Numbered from the stretch's first letter, positions 36,491 through 47,018 are shown. The stretch: 64,000 nt of DNA from Candidatus Saccharimonadales bacterium (GCA_049298775.1 JBAQWG010000030.1:7490-71489), one strand, 5' to 3'. The notes: generated from the letters alone by a model not told the origin. Translations and numbers: made by a program.

Positions 36491-36775
36491 ATGAATCCAG
36501 ACGACCAACAGCAGCAACAAACGCCACCGAATAAACAGTTAACGCAGCCAGCGACTCAAGGTACAGAACAAGTAGCTTTCGCTAAAAGATGGTTGCCTCG
36601 CTTGATTGTGTCAGCTATTGTCATCAACATCTTACCCAATATATTTAGTTTATTTGGCGAACAATACCTATCTCTCGGTGAATCAATACGTAATTATGCA
36701 ACCATCGTCTTAATTTTCATGTTTCTCATCACGATTTTTAAGACAATTAGTGAGAAAAACAATGCCAAGAATTGA
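36491..36775 (+). CDS. small hypothetical membrane protein (Q-rich N-terminus, 2 predicted TMs)
   Basis: [16 protein letters not shown]... then [21 protein letters not shown] and [15 protein letters not shown]. Track start 36455 lies inside the terminator stem. ATG 36479 or 36491 is possible. The 3' end overlaps prfA by 14 nt. Confidence 0.45.
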   Translation: MNPDDQQQQQTPPNKQLTQPATQGTEQVAFAKRWLPRLIVSAIVINILPNIFSLFGEQYLSLGESIRNYATIVLIFMFLITIFKTISEKNNAKN

Positions 36776-37826
36776 ACTTGACGTAGCTACCCTAGCGACC
36801 GAGAAAAATGAGCTCGGTGAATTTCTCGCATCCCCTGATGCCTATAATGACCCTGCCTTTACCGCCAAGAACAAACGTTTCTCAGAGCTTGAAGGAATTA
36901 TTGAGAAAGTCACTTTGCGCGAAACACTTGAACAGCAACTAGTTGAGGCAAAAGAACTAGCAAACGGTGGCGACGAGTTGGCGGATTTAGCGAAGGCTGA
37001 GATTGTAGAAACAGAAGAAAAACTAGCAGCACTCGACGACGAGCTCTTTCTGATGCTCGCGCCAAAAGATCCAAACGATGATAAGAATGTCATAATGGAA
37101 ATACGTGCCGGCGCTGGCGGTGACGAAGCTAGCCTGTTTGCAGCCGAGCTATATCGTATGTACCTACGCTACTGCGAGTCTAATAACCTCAAGACTGAAC
37201 TTATAAACGAAAGCGCCAATGATACTGGCGGCTACAAAGAGGTTGTCTTCAAAATAATCGGCGATTCGCCGTATGCACGTCTTAAATTTGAAAGTGGCGT
37301 CCACCGCGTCCAGCGGGTCCCGGCAACTGAATCGCAAGGTCGAATCCACACCAGTACCGTCACGGTTGCAGTTTTACCAGAGGCCCAAGAAACCGACCTT
37401 GAGATAAATGCAAATGATTTGCGCATTGATATTTACCGATCCGGCGGTCATGGTGGCCAATCAGTTAATACAACCGATAGTGCGGTCCGCATTACTCACA
37501 TTCCATCTGGAATGGTTGTCATCAACCAAGATGAAAAATCCCAGCTGAAGAACAAAGAAAAAGCCATGAGCGTCCTACGCAGTCGCCTATTACAACAAAA
37601 AATCGATGCCGAAAACGCCAAATTAGACGCCGAACGCCGCGGTCTCATCGGCACTGGTGACCGTTCCGAAAAAATCCGTACCTATAACTTCCCTCAAGAC
37701 CGTATTACCGATCATCGCATTGGCTATAGCCGTAGCGCTATTCCTGCCGCCATGAACGGACAGATTGATGATATAATCGAGCATCTACAGGCTTATGAGC
37801 GTGAGCTAGCCGCTAAAAACGCTTAG
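36762..37826 (+). CDS. prfA: peptide chain release factor 1
   Basis: PAT tripeptide ([14 protein letters not shown]) and GGQ ([21 protein letters not shown]). ATG 36762 preferred over track GTG 36750. Confidence 0.93.
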   Translation: MPRIELDVATLATEKNELGEFLASPDAYNDPAFTAKNKRFSELEGIIEKVTLRETLEQQLVEAKELANGGDELADLAKAEIVETEEKLAALDDELFLMLAPKDPNDDKNVIMEIRAGAGGDEASLFAAELYRMYLRYCESNNLKTELINESANDTGGYKEVVFKIIGDSPYARLKFESGVHRVQRVPATESQGRIHTSTVTVAVLPEAQETDLEINANDLRIDIYRSGGHGGQSVNTTDSAVRITHIPSGMVVINQDEKSQLKNKEKAMSVLRSRLLQQKIDAENAKLDAERRGLIGTGDRSEKIRTYNFPQDRITDHRIGYSRSAIPAAMNGQIDDIIEHLQAYERELAAKNA

Positions 37827-37863
37827 CTTTGCTATTACATAACAGTGATGACATACTATTACC

Positions 37864-38688
37864 ATGACAATCGAGACATGGCTTACAGAGGCCACTAACG
37901 TACTGAAAGCTGATAACATAAGTTCAGCTAAACTCGATGCCGAATTGATACTGTCTCACACGCTTCGTAAACAACACACTTACCTGCATGCTCACGGTGA
38001 CCAAGAACTTGACGCCCGTCACAAGGACATTGCCGATGCACGTATACAATTACGACTCGATCACACTCCCGTTGCCTATATTGTTGGACACAAAGAATTC
38101 TATGGGCATCGATTCAAAACAACTCCCACCGCACTTATTCCTCGACCAGAATCAGAGGTAATAATTGAATTACTTACTGACATTATACCGAAAAACTCAT
38201 CTCTTATTCCAACGACCCTGCGTCTAATCGACGTTGGTACTGGTACAGGCTGTCTTGGTATTAGTGCTAAATTAGAATGGCCAGAACTAGACGTTACATT
38301 GATTGATATTAGTCGCCACGCCTTAAACCTAGCTAAAGAGAACGCCGAGCTACTTCACGCCGAAGTAAACCTTGTAAAGGCCGACCTTTTGCATGGTTTC
38401 GTCGATAATGTAGATATTATTATCGCTAATCTACCGTATGTAGATAAAAGCTGGGACGTATCGCCAGATACTTACACCGAACCTGACCAGGCACTATATG
38501 CGCCCGACGGCGGCTTAGCTCTTATAAAACAACTTATCACCCAATCTACCCTCGTATTACCTCATGGGGGTCATCTTTTACTCGAGTCTGATATTCGTCA
38601 ACAAGAAGCAATTATTGCATTCGCTAAAGATAATGGCTTCAAACTAGAAATCGTCAAAGATCTAATTACGCAATTTATTAAAAATTAA
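37864..38688 (+). CDS. prmC: release factor glutamine N5-methyltransferase PrmC (HemK)
   Basis: LIDVGTGTGCLG motif I and NLPY (IIANLPYV) motif IV. Directly downstream of prfA. Confidence 0.88.
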   Translation: MTIETWLTEATNVLKADNISSAKLDAELILSHTLRKQHTYLHAHGDQELDARHKDIADARIQLRLDHTPVAYIVGHKEFYGHRFKTTPTALIPRPESEVIIELLTDIIPKNSSLIPTTLRLIDVGTGTGCLGISAKLEWPELDVTLIDISRHALNLAKENAELLHAEVNLVKADLLHGFVDNVDIIIANLPYVDKSWDVSPDTYTEPDQALYAPDGGLALIKQLITQSTLVLPHGGHLLLESDIRQQEAIIAFAKDNGFKLEIVKDLITQFIKN

Positions 38689-39872
38689 TTTTTCACGTAA
38701 GCGTCAAGAGTTACATCGACCGTGATTGTTTTGCCGCCACGAATAATTGTTATTTTGACCGTATCACCGACTGAATATTCACCGATAAGACTCGAGACAT
38801 TTCCGCGATCACCAACTTCAATATCACCAACTTTTGTAATAATATCCTTATCTTTTATTCCAGCCTTGGATGCTGGGCTACCATCGATGACACTAGAGCC
38901 GTCTTCACTAATAACATAGGCGCCTTTCTTGGTAGGAAGATTATATTTTTTCGCTATTTCAGGTGTAATAGAGGTATAACTGACTCCCATATATGCACGT
39001 TCTACTTTGCCTGTTTTCTCTAAATTCTTGATGACACCCTTGGTAGAATTAATAGGTATCGAAAAACCAATACTTTGTGCATCTGCAGCAACTGCAGTAT
39101 TAATACCGATCACTTGACCACTAAGATTAACCAACGGACCACCAGAATTACCGGGATTAATCGCTGCGTCAGTCTGGAGTAAATCAGTCAGTGATTCAAT
39201 TGAACTTCCCGTTCCCTCAGATGCAGAAATAGGCCGTCCCATTCCAGAGATAATACCGCTTGTCACGGTGTTCTGAAATTCACCAAGTGAATTACCAATT
39301 GCAACAACTTTTTGACCAATACGAATTGAACTTGAGTCACCAAGTGTTGCCGGAGTGAGATTACTTACGCCGTTAATTTTAACAAATGCAACATCATTGA
39401 GCGGATCGGTACCGACAAGTTTAACATCATCATAAATAGTTCCGTCACTTGTAGTGACCGACAACTGAGTACTACCCGAAACAACGTGCTTATTAGTTAA
39501 AACATAACCGTCTTTAGATATAATAATACCACTGCCCGCACCTTCAACAGCCTGCGTACCATAAAATGATTGTGTCGACTCGCCTTTGGTGTTTATCGAA
39601 ACGACACTAGGTCCAACCTTGCTTGCCACCGAAGATATATCTTCTTCTTCTTGACTAACTAGCGCATTGCCGTCATTTGAAGAATTGCGATCAATAACTG
39701 TTGCAGTTGAAACAAGGTGAGACGACACATACCCACCAGCAAGTCCGGCACTAAAACAACCAATCAAAAGTAGTAGAGCGACGGTAATAAATCTGCCGAC
39801 TCGTGGACGCGAATGTCTGCTAACAGCCTTATAGCTTACAGAATTTGTATTATTTTTTTCGTTTTCAATCAT
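38685..39872 (-). CDS. HtrA/DegP-family trypsin-like serine protease with one PDZ domain
   Basis: TM anchor; TNKHV (His), D..AF.K (Asp), GNSGGPLVN (Ser); C-terminal PDZ (GIKDKDIITKVGD). Confidence 0.9.
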   Translation of the reverse strand: MIENEKNNTNSVSYKAVSRHSRPRVGRFITVALLLLIGCFSAGLAGGYVSSHLVSTATVIDRNSSNDGNALVSQEEEDISSVASKVGPSVVSINTKGESTQSFYGTQAVEGAGSGIIISKDGYVLTNKHVVSGSTQLSVTTSDGTIYDDVKLVGTDPLNDVAFVKINGVSNLTPATLGDSSSIRIGQKVVAIGNSLGEFQNTVTSGIISGMGRPISASEGTGSSIESLTDLLQTDAAINPGNSGGPLVNLSGQVIGINTAVAADAQSIGFSIPINSTKGVIKNLEKTGKVERAYMGVSYTSITPEIAKKYNLPTKKGAYVISEDGSSVIDGSPASKAGIKDKDIITKVGDIEVGDRGNVSSLIGEYSVGDTVKITIIRGGKTITVDVTLDAYVKN

Positions 39873-39910
39873 ATCTCCCCCTACTTTACATTTATTAACT
39901 GATATAAAAC

Positions 39911-40705
39911 TTAAACAGCACCAATACTAGCCGCATTAAATACAACCAGCAATATAACGATTATTCCAAGCGTTAGTAACATCGGTAATATAATGTCGTT
40001 CATATTAATTGTTTTGTGTCTATGGATAGAATCATACACACGCTCGGCTAGAAAACTGACACCAAGAACTATCAGTGTTACCTGGGGCAATTTTAAACCA
40101 CCGACAAATGGAAGTGTATAAGCAATCGTCCAGTGATACGTCAGCCAACCTATTTCCGCAATAACAAATCCCCATATAAGACTAAGTAGGCGTAATTCCG
40201 TCTCTGAATAAGAAGCTAGGGCATGCCGAGCGGTCGAATAACCGATAATCCACATGGCAATTACGACAACCGATGACGGCCACTCATAAGATAAGCTAGC
40301 AACGGAAAGCGACCCCACAGTCAATGCTATAGCCGCCTGAATAACAACGAAATTCCTTTTAGATCGTGGCTTCAACAGAAGTAGCCACCCCGCATACAAA
40401 AAGGTAATAACAGTCTGTACCATTAACGCACTTGGCGTATCTGCTTGATTAACAAGGTATATCAAAATAACGAATCCGACGCTCACAATAAGATCTACCG
40501 TATTTGCTTCGACGTGAGCAAACCAATAGCGTGGCCTAACGGCAAAAACTCGCCACTTACTTAGAAACACAAGAAGTAGAGCTAGCCAAGGCGTACCGGT
40601 TGCCCAAACAAGAATCAAAACCGCCACAGCCAAAGCTATGTTAAGTAATATATAAATTGTCTCACTCAACAGCGTACGCCGTTTATGTGCCCGTAAGAAT
40701 TCCAT
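39911..40705 (-). CDS. hypothetical polytopic membrane protein
   Basis: 264 aa, about 8 hydrophobic helices, no motif recognised. Confidence 0.5.
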   Translation of the reverse strand: MEFLRAHKRRTLLSETIYILLNIALAVAVLILVWATGTPWLALLLVFLSKWRVFAVRPRYWFAHVEANTVDLIVSVGFVILIYLVNQADTPSALMVQTVITFLYAGWLLLLKPRSKRNFVVIQAAIALTVGSLSVASLSYEWPSSVVVIAMWIIGYSTARHALASYSETELRLLSLIWGFVIAEIGWLTYHWTIAYTLPFVGGLKLPQVTLIVLGVSFLAERVYDSIHRHKTINMNDIILPMLLTLGIIVILLVVFNAASIGAV

Positions 40706-40726
40706 AAGCTTTCTTAGTATACCACG

Positions 40727-42382
40727 TTAATTACTAGTACTCTTGGCTGGCTCGGGTCCAACAATAAGCACGAACTTAACTGAATTATCGACAGCAACAG
40801 GCGGTGTACCACTCGTCATTTTTACACCGTATAGTTTTTTCAACTTATCTGCCGTACCACTTGCACCGCTACCAATTTGATACAACGTGTAATGCGGATA
40901 GGTACCGTCGGGGGCATTTGCAACACTGTCGACTATGTATTTAGATTCCTTCAACTTATCGGCCTCAGTCTGCGCCATACCTACTACACCAGAACCATTG
41001 AGTATGACAATTGGTGCAGCTTCGCGAACAATTGGATCAGATGAAAGTTTCTGTTGCAATAATGCCTGTAGTTCACTGTAGTCATAAACGTCCGCAACCG
41101 GCCTGACGACACTCATGCCATTGACGTTGCCCGTTGTCATAATAGGCTTGTCGCCATCGATAAGACTAATAGACTGGATATTTTCATTCTTTACATCTTT
41201 TGCAAACGACACTAGTGTCTGAAACTCTTTTGTTTCAAATGTTGTTCGTAAATTGTTACCGAGTGCATCTATAATCGCTGAAACCTTACCAAAATCAGTC
41301 AACACACCAGCACTAACTGCTTTTTCTCGTAGCGCCTTAATAATTTTTTGCTGGTTTTTCTCACGGTCGAAATTAGACTGCTCAAAACCATAAGTCGGTG
41401 CTATATCTCCACGAGCCTGCGCTAGATACAGTGCATGCTCACCATCAATCGTCACGGGACCGTTTTTATAGTCGATGAAGTGACCGTTTGGTGGACAACG
41501 ACGTAACACTTCTGCTCGGCTAACCTTGCGATCACCAACGCCACACTTCCAGTCAAAGTTGCTATCCATCTGGCCACGAGGATCACGACTTTCAATAGTA
41601 ACCGTAATGCTACCGCCAACCGCAGCTACCATTTCACGCATGACAGTGTAATTAACATTTACACCATATTGAATATCGAGTCCCATAATATTACCGACGA
41701 ATCCAGCTTCTTTGGTCAGTGCAGCTCTGTCTGCTTCTACGCCCGTACTACGGTGAACACAATTGTAATATTCGTTAATCTTGCCCGCATAACCCGAATT
41801 ACACGCCTCACCATATTTAACATACAAATCACGAGGAATACTGATCATATATGCATTTTTCCTTGTTTGATCAATACTCATAACCATCATCGAGTCAGTT
41901 AGTGACCCGCCTTCATGTCCTGGATCATCCTCAGATGTGCCAACAATTAGAATATTACTTCGACCATTCGCATCTTGTTTCAATGGCACATTCTGAAATA
42001 CTTCAAATATATTACCCTTAAATACATTACTGCTTGCAAGTATAGCCTTAACACCGACATAAGCACCAATCGCGACAATAATAATAAATACAAGAATGAA
42101 TACACGCTTTATCCATTTACGACGATTCGACTTTTGTTTCGGATCCTTGCGGTGTTTTGGTTCTTGCTGTTCCTCATCATCGATACCGCGTAGTGATTCG
42201 TCAATTTCAGAACGGCGAATCTGCCCTCTATTAGAAGTAAAACCTTCATTCTCCTGAGGAGCAGGCTGTGTTTTAATAGGTTTCAGTTCGACGGTTTTTT
42301 CCCCGCCAATGACACCGCCAACCTTTTTATTGTCAACGCGCCTTGGTACGAAACCGTCCATTGATGTCTGTTTTCTCGCCAT
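40727..42382 (-). CDS. LytR-CpsA-Psr (LCP) family cell-wall glycopolymer transferase
   Basis: Basic N-terminus plus TM, then ILIVGTSEDDPGHEGGSLTDSMMVMSID....AYMISIPRDLYV (LCP core), and a C-terminal LytR_C-like domain. Confidence 0.85.
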   Translation of the reverse strand: MARKQTSMDGFVPRRVDNKKVGGVIGGEKTVELKPIKTQPAPQENEGFTSNRGQIRRSEIDESLRGIDDEEQQEPKHRKDPKQKSNRRKWIKRVFILVFIIIVAIGAYVGVKAILASSNVFKGNIFEVFQNVPLKQDANGRSNILIVGTSEDDPGHEGGSLTDSMMVMSIDQTRKNAYMISIPRDLYVKYGEACNSGYAGKINEYYNCVHRSTGVEADRAALTKEAGFVGNIMGLDIQYGVNVNYTVMREMVAAVGGSITVTIESRDPRGQMDSNFDWKCGVGDRKVSRAEVLRRCPPNGHFIDYKNGPVTIDGEHALYLAQARGDIAPTYGFEQSNFDREKNQQKIIKALREKAVSAGVLTDFGKVSAIIDALGNNLRTTFETKEFQTLVSFAKDVKNENIQSISLIDGDKPIMTTGNVNGMSVVRPVADVYDYSELQALLQQKLSSDPIVREAAPIVILNGSGVVGMAQTEADKLKESKYIVDSVANAPDGTYPHYTLYQIGSGASGTADKLKKLYGVKMTSGTPPVAVDNSVKFVLIVGPEPAKSTSN

Positions 42383-42454
42383 AAACTCAATCTACTATAC
42401 AAAATTTTGACGCTTATGACTAGTAATTTACTGGAGTATTTATATATCATCGAG

Positions 42455-42460
42455 TATAGT
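42455..42460 (+). promoter_or_regulatory. -10 box TATAGT 8 nt upstream of lepB ATG (leaderless candidate)
   Basis: gagTATAGTggataagcATG; no SD. Confidence 0.4.
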
Positions 42461-42468
42461 GGATAAGC

Positions 42469-43068
42469 ATGGAATCATCGTTCTTACAGCGCCACCAATG
42501 GATCAAAGAAGGATTTGGGCTACTCCTTTTCGGACTAGCTGTGCTTATAGGGACGATTCTAATCAACACTTACATCTTTCGCAGTTTCGATGTCCAAGGA
42601 CCAAGCATGGAAAAAACATTATATACCGGCGATCGCTTGATCGTTGATCGTATACCGGTCACCCTAGCGCAAGTACAAAATAAAGAATACGTTCCAAATC
42701 GCGGTCAAGTCATTGTCTTTAAAAATCCAAAATTCACCGTTGGAGACCCAGACGAATTCATCGTCAAACGCGTTATTGGATTTGCCGGTGAGCGCGTAGT
42801 ACTCAACGATGGTCACTACACTGTATATAACAATCAGAATCCAGTTGGCTTCAACCCAGATGACGCCAACCACGGTGAACCTGGAAGCCCCACAACCGGC
42901 AACGTAGATGTCACCGTTCCAGAAGGGACAATTTTTGTCAGTGGCGACCATCGCCAAGGAAACTACTCTTATGATTCACGCAATGGACTTGGTTTTATAC
43001 CACTATACGACATTATCGGCCCAGTTGGACTACGAGTATATCCATTCACAAAAATCCGAACCTTCTAG
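42469..43068 (+). CDS. lepB: signal peptidase I
   Basis: GPSMEKTL (Ser box), GDRLIVDR, VKRVIGFAGERV (Lys box), GDHRQGNYSYDSR. Confidence 0.92.
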   Translation: MESSFLQRHQWIKEGFGLLLFGLAVLIGTILINTYIFRSFDVQGPSMEKTLYTGDRLIVDRIPVTLAQVQNKEYVPNRGQVIVFKNPKFTVGDPDEFIVKRVIGFAGERVVLNDGHYTVYNNQNPVGFNPDDANHGEPGSPTTGNVDVTVPEGTIFVSGDHRQGNYSYDSRNGLGFIPLYDIIGPVGLRVYPFTKIRTF

Positions 43069-43069
43069 T

Positions 43070-43945
43070 TTATTGTCCGAGAAGATTTGTAATACGATTA
43101 AATTCGCTTTCATCTTTAAAAGCAATTACGATCTGACCAGCGCCCCTGGTATTTGAACGAATCTGTACCTTTGTTTTTAGACGACCAACAAGTTGTTCAG
43201 TCGCCTCTTCATGAAGTGGGATGATAGTTTTATCGACACCACTCGCCTTCTTTGCTTTAAGATTCACGATAAACTGTTCTATCTTGCGCGCACTCCACTC
43301 TTCCTTAATAATCTGCGGAAGTACCGTTTCGATAATTTCTGGGTCAATATTAATCAGCGGTCGCACTTGCCCTTCGCGTAGCTTTCCGTCCCGTAGAGCC
43401 TTCTTGACACTCTCAGGTAGTCGTAGAAGTCGTAAGGTATTACTGACACTACTCGCGGACTTGCCACCAACACGATTGCCAATTTCATCGAGTGAAAGAT
43501 TAAATTGATCGCGAAGTTTAAGATAAGCAGTTGCCGTCTCTAGCACGTTTAGATCACGCCGTTGAATATTCTCAATCAGTGATATCTCGAGTTTGTTTTG
43601 ATCACTTAGCGTTCTAATAAGAGCTGGTATGGTCGTAAGTCCCGCAAGACTCGCTGCCCGAAAACGTCTTTCACCAGCAACAATTTGATATTTGCCATTT
43701 ACGGGCGTTACTATAATCGGCTGCACCACACCATGTTGTTTAATAGATAAACTGAGTTCGTTTAGAGCATCATCATCAAATATCCGACGAGGCTGATCTG
43801 GGTTTGCTAATATATCTTCCAGTTTCAATTCGCGAAGATTACTCAACTGCTCATCTTGAACAGCTGTCGGGTCGAGTGACTCGTCGATTAATTCAGTTGG
43901 AATCAGCGACGCAAATCCGCGACCTAGTCCTTTTTTAACTGACAC
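43070..43945 (-). CDS. parB: chromosome partitioning protein ParB/Spo0J
   Basis: KKGLGRGFASLIP, GERRFRAA, HTH region. Start moved to GTG 43945 (AGGAGG 9 nt upstream), overlapping the parA stop by 11 nt. Track start 44026 lies deep inside parA. Confidence 0.88.
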   Translation of the reverse strand: MSVKKGLGRGFASLIPTELIDESLDPTAVQDEQLSNLRELKLEDILANPDQPRRIFDDDALNELSLSIKQHGVVQPIIVTPVNGKYQIVAGERRFRAASLAGLTTIPALIRTLSDQNKLEISLIENIQRRDLNVLETATAYLKLRDQFNLSLDEIGNRVGGKSASSVSNTLRLLRLPESVKKALRDGKLREGQVRPLINIDPEIIETVLPQIIKEEWSARKIEQFIVNLKAKKASGVDKTIIPLHEEATEQLVGRLKTKVQIRSNTRGAGQIVIAFKDESEFNRITNLLGQ

Positions 43946-44696
43946 GTTCCAATACCTCCTTGGCAACCGCCTTATACGCTCTAGCGCCCTTGCTCCAGCG
44001 ATCATACGCTCCAATAGGCACACCATGACTTGGCGCCTCTGCTAATCGGATATTGCGTGGAATCGTCGACTTGAACACCTTTTCCGCAAAATGTTTTTTA
44101 ATTTCCTGATGTACCTGATTACTAAGCGTCGTCCGCGTATCCATCATTGTTGGTAATACACCCAGCAACTCTAATTTTGGATTCATACCTTTTCGGACAA
44201 GTTTCATCGTTTCAAGCAGTTGTCCAAGACCTTCAAGAGCATAGAACTCCGCCTGGACAGGTAACAAAACATACTTTGCGGCAATAAGACCGTTCACTGT
44301 CAAAAGACTTAAACTTGGAGGACTATCAATAATAATAATGTCGTAACCCTCTAGCGAATCTAGCGCAGATTTTAGCTTAGTAAACTTATGCTCCATTCCC
44401 GCCAGCTCAACCTCTACGTTGGCAAGATGTGCCGTTGTAGGTACAAGTGAAAGATTATTGTAATCAGTCGGGATAATTGCTTGAGACAAGGTTGTGGATC
44501 CAAGCAGTACCTCACCTATCGTCGTTTCTAGATTATTCTTGTCGATACCAAGTCCACTCGAGGCATTACCTTGCGGATCGAGATCAACTAACAGAACACG
44601 CTGGTTGGATTTTGCCAGATAATATGCAATGTTAACAGCACTAGTTGTCTTACCAACTCCACCTTTTTGATTTGTGACAGCAATGACAGTTGTCAT
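43935..44696 (-). CDS. parA: chromosome partitioning ATPase ParA/Soj
   Basis: Deviant Walker A NQKGGVGKTT, DLDPQGN, IIIDSPPS. Confidence 0.93.
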   Translation of the reverse strand: MTTVIAVTNQKGGVGKTTSAVNIAYYLAKSNQRVLLVDLDPQGNASSGLGIDKNNLETTIGEVLLGSTTLSQAIIPTDYNNLSLVPTTAHLANVEVELAGMEHKFTKLKSALDSLEGYDIIIIDSPPSLSLLTVNGLIAAKYVLLPVQAEFYALEGLGQLLETMKLVRKGMNPKLELLGVLPTMMDTRTTLSNQVHQEIKKHFAEKVFKSTIPRNIRLAEAPSHGVPIGAYDRWSKGARAYKAVAKEVLERVS

Positions 44697-44729
44697 TAGT
44701 ATTTGTTTGCCTCGCTCATTAGTTCCTTC

Positions 44730-44738
44730 ATTATACCA
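44730..44738 (-). promoter_or_regulatory. extended -10 (TGGTATAAT) of parAB
   Basis: Complement reads caTGGTATAATgaagg, about 33 nt before ATG 44696. Confidence 0.5.
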
Positions 44739-44746
44739 TGAGCACT

Positions 44747-44801
44747 AATAAAAATCCCACACTGTGAAGCCTAAGGTTTTAACCGAGCTTTAACAGGTGG
44801 G
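44747..44801 (-). terminator. probable intrinsic terminator after rplU (long imperfect hairpin + U-run)
   Basis: Minus strand CCCACCUG...CAGUGUGGG enclosing further pairs, followed by AUUUUUAUU. A second hairpin (AAUCUUUCGG / CCGAAAAGAUU) lies just upstream at about 44803-44833. Confidence 0.5.
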
Positions 44802-44853
44802 AAATCTTTTCGGAAGCGTGTCCCGAAAGATTAGGAAGACATAGTCGTCCCTT

Positions 44854-45159
44854 TTATTTAATTGAAGTGATCTGAATCTGGCTGTACTTTTGACGGTGGC
44901 CAGTTTCTTTGTGTACGCGCTTTTTAGCTTTGTAGCGGATTACGCGAATCTTATCGCCCTTTACTTCAGCTTCAACAACTTTCGCGCTTACCTTTACGTC
45001 CTTAACTAGGGGCGTACCGACAACGGTTTTATCACCGTCAATCGTTAGAAGTGCATCAAGTGTGAGCTCTTTTGTTCCATCTTGGAGGCGGTCCACCAAG
45101 AGGGTCTCTTTTTCGGTGACAATATATTGCTTGCCACCTACCTTGATTACTGCTTTCAT
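44854..45159 (-). CDS. rplU: 50S ribosomal protein L21
   Basis: MKAVIKVGGKQY.V.....L.V.RL ... KI.V.RYK.KKR..K..GHRQ.Y..I.I; 101 aa. Confidence 0.93.
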   Translation of the reverse strand: MKAVIKVGGKQYIVTEKETLLVDRLQDGTKELTLDALLTIDGDKTVVGTPLVKDVKVSAKVVEAEVKGDKIRVIRYKAKKRVHKETGHRQKYSQIQITSIK

Positions 45160-45228
45160 ATGTTCCTCATATTATTAATACAATCAGTAGTTGATTTTAA
45201 CAGATACAGGGCTAATTTACAAGGGTAA

Positions 45229-46053
45229 TTAACGATTTACAATGAGTTGGTTCGCATGAAGCCAACCATGGACGTTGCCGCAGTCGAGATATTCACCTTG
45301 TATAGGTACGACATTTACGGTGCCGCCATCGACAGAATATTGACTGACAACCATCGTTAAATAGTACTCACCAGATACATCTAGCTGGCAATAGTTATAC
45401 GCATTTGTCATAACACCGTAATTCAAAACGTAATTTGCGCAGTTAATCTGATTACTTGGCGCCTGTTCTGGCATTGGATAATCAACGATTCCACGAAATA
45501 CTCCGGTGTCTTCGTCGAAATCAATGATACCGTAGCGACTAACTTCTTCCATGGATACCGGCGCAGACATGAGGCTAACGCCACCATCAGGAGTATTCTC
45601 AATAAGACGCGCGAACTCTGAACTGCCGTCAGCAGTATGCGAAAACGCATCACCCATAGCATATAGTACCGACTCGCCCTTTTTTAAATGCGAATACACA
45701 AGACTGACAGGGATTGCTGTACCATATTTGCCATTAGAATCCTGTTCAATATAGTGAAATACTACATTTTTAGGTGGACGCGCCAATTCAATGAGGTCTT
45801 GTTTGCCGTTATATTCTAGGTATTCATTTAGTCGTGCATTATCTGAATAATACTGCTGTAACTGAGTACTGCCCTTATTAACGACAAAAAAGATTTCAGT
45901 AATTCCTGCTTTGATACAATCACGTACGACATAATCAACAACTGGACGATTACCAACTGGTAACATACACTTTTCGATGGCTTTGGTTATAGGTAGGCGA
46001 CGCGTGCCCCAGCCGGCAACGGGGATAATAGCTTTGGTTATAGGTGTAGTCAT
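45229..46053 (-). CDS. sugar-1-phosphate nucleotidyltransferase (UTP--glucose-1-phosphate uridylyltransferase-like)
   Basis: KAIIPVAGWGTRRLPITKAIEKCMLPVGNRPVVDYVV is the GalU/RmlA-type N-terminal signature. TATACT-N6 precedes ATG 46053. Confidence 0.7.
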   Translation of the reverse strand: MTTPITKAIIPVAGWGTRRLPITKAIEKCMLPVGNRPVVDYVVRDCIKAGITEIFFVVNKGSTQLQQYYSDNARLNEYLEYNGKQDLIELARPPKNVVFHYIEQDSNGKYGTAIPVSLVYSHLKKGESVLYAMGDAFSHTADGSSEFARLIENTPDGGVSLMSAPVSMEEVSRYGIIDFDEDTGVFRGIVDYPMPEQAPSNQINCANYVLNYGVMTNAYNYCQLDVSGEYYLTMVVSQYSVDGGTVNVVPIQGEYLDCGNVHGWLHANQLIVNR

Positions 46054-46065
46054 ATGCTTAGTATA

Positions 46066-46959
46066 TTAGATTTGTCCGCCTGAATATAGTGTTGCGACGA
46101 ATATAATAGCTACAACAGAGAGTCCAGTCGCTTTATAAAGACCATGGTGGTAGCGCCAAGACCTGCGCATAGACAACGGTAGACGACGACGATACGCGTG
46201 TGCCATCATAGCAACAACAGCGGTACTAAGAAGTATTACGACGGCCCCTAGCAATGCAGGACTCATCTCCTGCAGAGAAATACCGAATCGTGTCATTACA
46301 TCAATGCTACCTACCGAAGCGCTCGTATGAACTGACGTAGCTCCAGCTACTGCATTGGTTGTCGCCTGCTCACCATAAAGAGCGACGATTATTTTTGTCT
46401 TACGGCCCTGAAGTGTCCCATCAACAACCGCAAAACCAACATCTCTGTAATGTGGATTCAGGATATTCTCACGGTGTTTTTGCGATCCCATCCACGCATC
46501 GATTGTGCTATTTGCTGACGTGAAGTTTTTGGCTAAATTTTCACCCGCAAATGCGTAATTATACCCCACCTTACCAAACCACGTCCACGGCGTTGTGCCA
46601 TCGGGTGCGACATGCGACCAATATTGCTGCTTGAACATGTCTTGTGCTTTTAGGTACGCAGCACTAGATAGTTCATCGTTATAGTTCAATGCCACAATAC
46701 TATCCTTTAAACGCTGTGCATTTGTATCATTCAGTAGTTCAGTCGCCGTCACGTTCGCTTCTGTACCCAGCACCATAGAGTCAGATTTATATGACCAGGC
46801 AAACAATACGCTAGCGACAAGTAACACAGCGACTATTCCATACGATCGAATAATATGCGGCTGAAACTGATTGGCTTTATGCGGAACAATCGCCAGTTTG
46901 ACGTGACGATGAATTTTTTTGTGGATTGGTAGTGATTTTTTTGTTTGTTTTTTGACCAC
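46066..46959 (-). CDS. CAP (SCP/PR-1, YkwD-like) domain protein with N- and C-terminal TM segments
   Basis: YWSHVAPDGTTPW...GENLAKNF...AWMGSQKHRENILNPHYRDVGFAV. GTG start as in the track. Confidence 0.75.
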   Translation of the reverse strand: MVKKQTKKSLPIHKKIHRHVKLAIVPHKANQFQPHIIRSYGIVAVLLVASVLFAWSYKSDSMVLGTEANVTATELLNDTNAQRLKDSIVALNYNDELSSAAYLKAQDMFKQQYWSHVAPDGTTPWTWFGKVGYNYAFAGENLAKNFTSANSTIDAWMGSQKHRENILNPHYRDVGFAVVDGTLQGRKTKIIVALYGEQATTNAVAGATSVHTSASVGSIDVMTRFGISLQEMSPALLGAVVILLSTAVVAMMAHAYRRRLPLSMRRSWRYHHGLYKATGLSVVAIIFVATLYSGGQI

Positions 46960-46991
46960 TGTAAATATAGTGTACGATGTTTACACTAAAA

Positions 46992-47018
46992 AAGCGAGCA
47001 CTTTTACAGTGCTCGCTT
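46992..47018 (-). terminator. intrinsic terminator of the 826-aa surface protein gene
   Basis: Minus strand AAGCGAGCAC-uguaaaa-GUGCUCGCUU followed by UUUUUU; a perfect 10-bp GC-rich stem. Confidence 0.8.

Noticed and set aside
38680-38693. Perfect palindrome AAAAATTAATTTTT at the prmC/htrA convergent junction
   Set aside because: It is pure A/T and contains both stop codons, because the genes overlap by 4 nt through TTAA. It cannot form a stable terminator stem, so it is most likely a by-product of the two AT-rich gene ends.
43070-44853. Possible replication origin next to parAB
   Set aside because: dnaA, dnaN, rpmH and rnpA are not in the window. I found only isolated 8/9 matches to the DnaA box (AGTGGATAA at 32652-32660 and 42458-42466), not clusters. 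The parA-rplU spacer is explained by a terminator plus a promoter.
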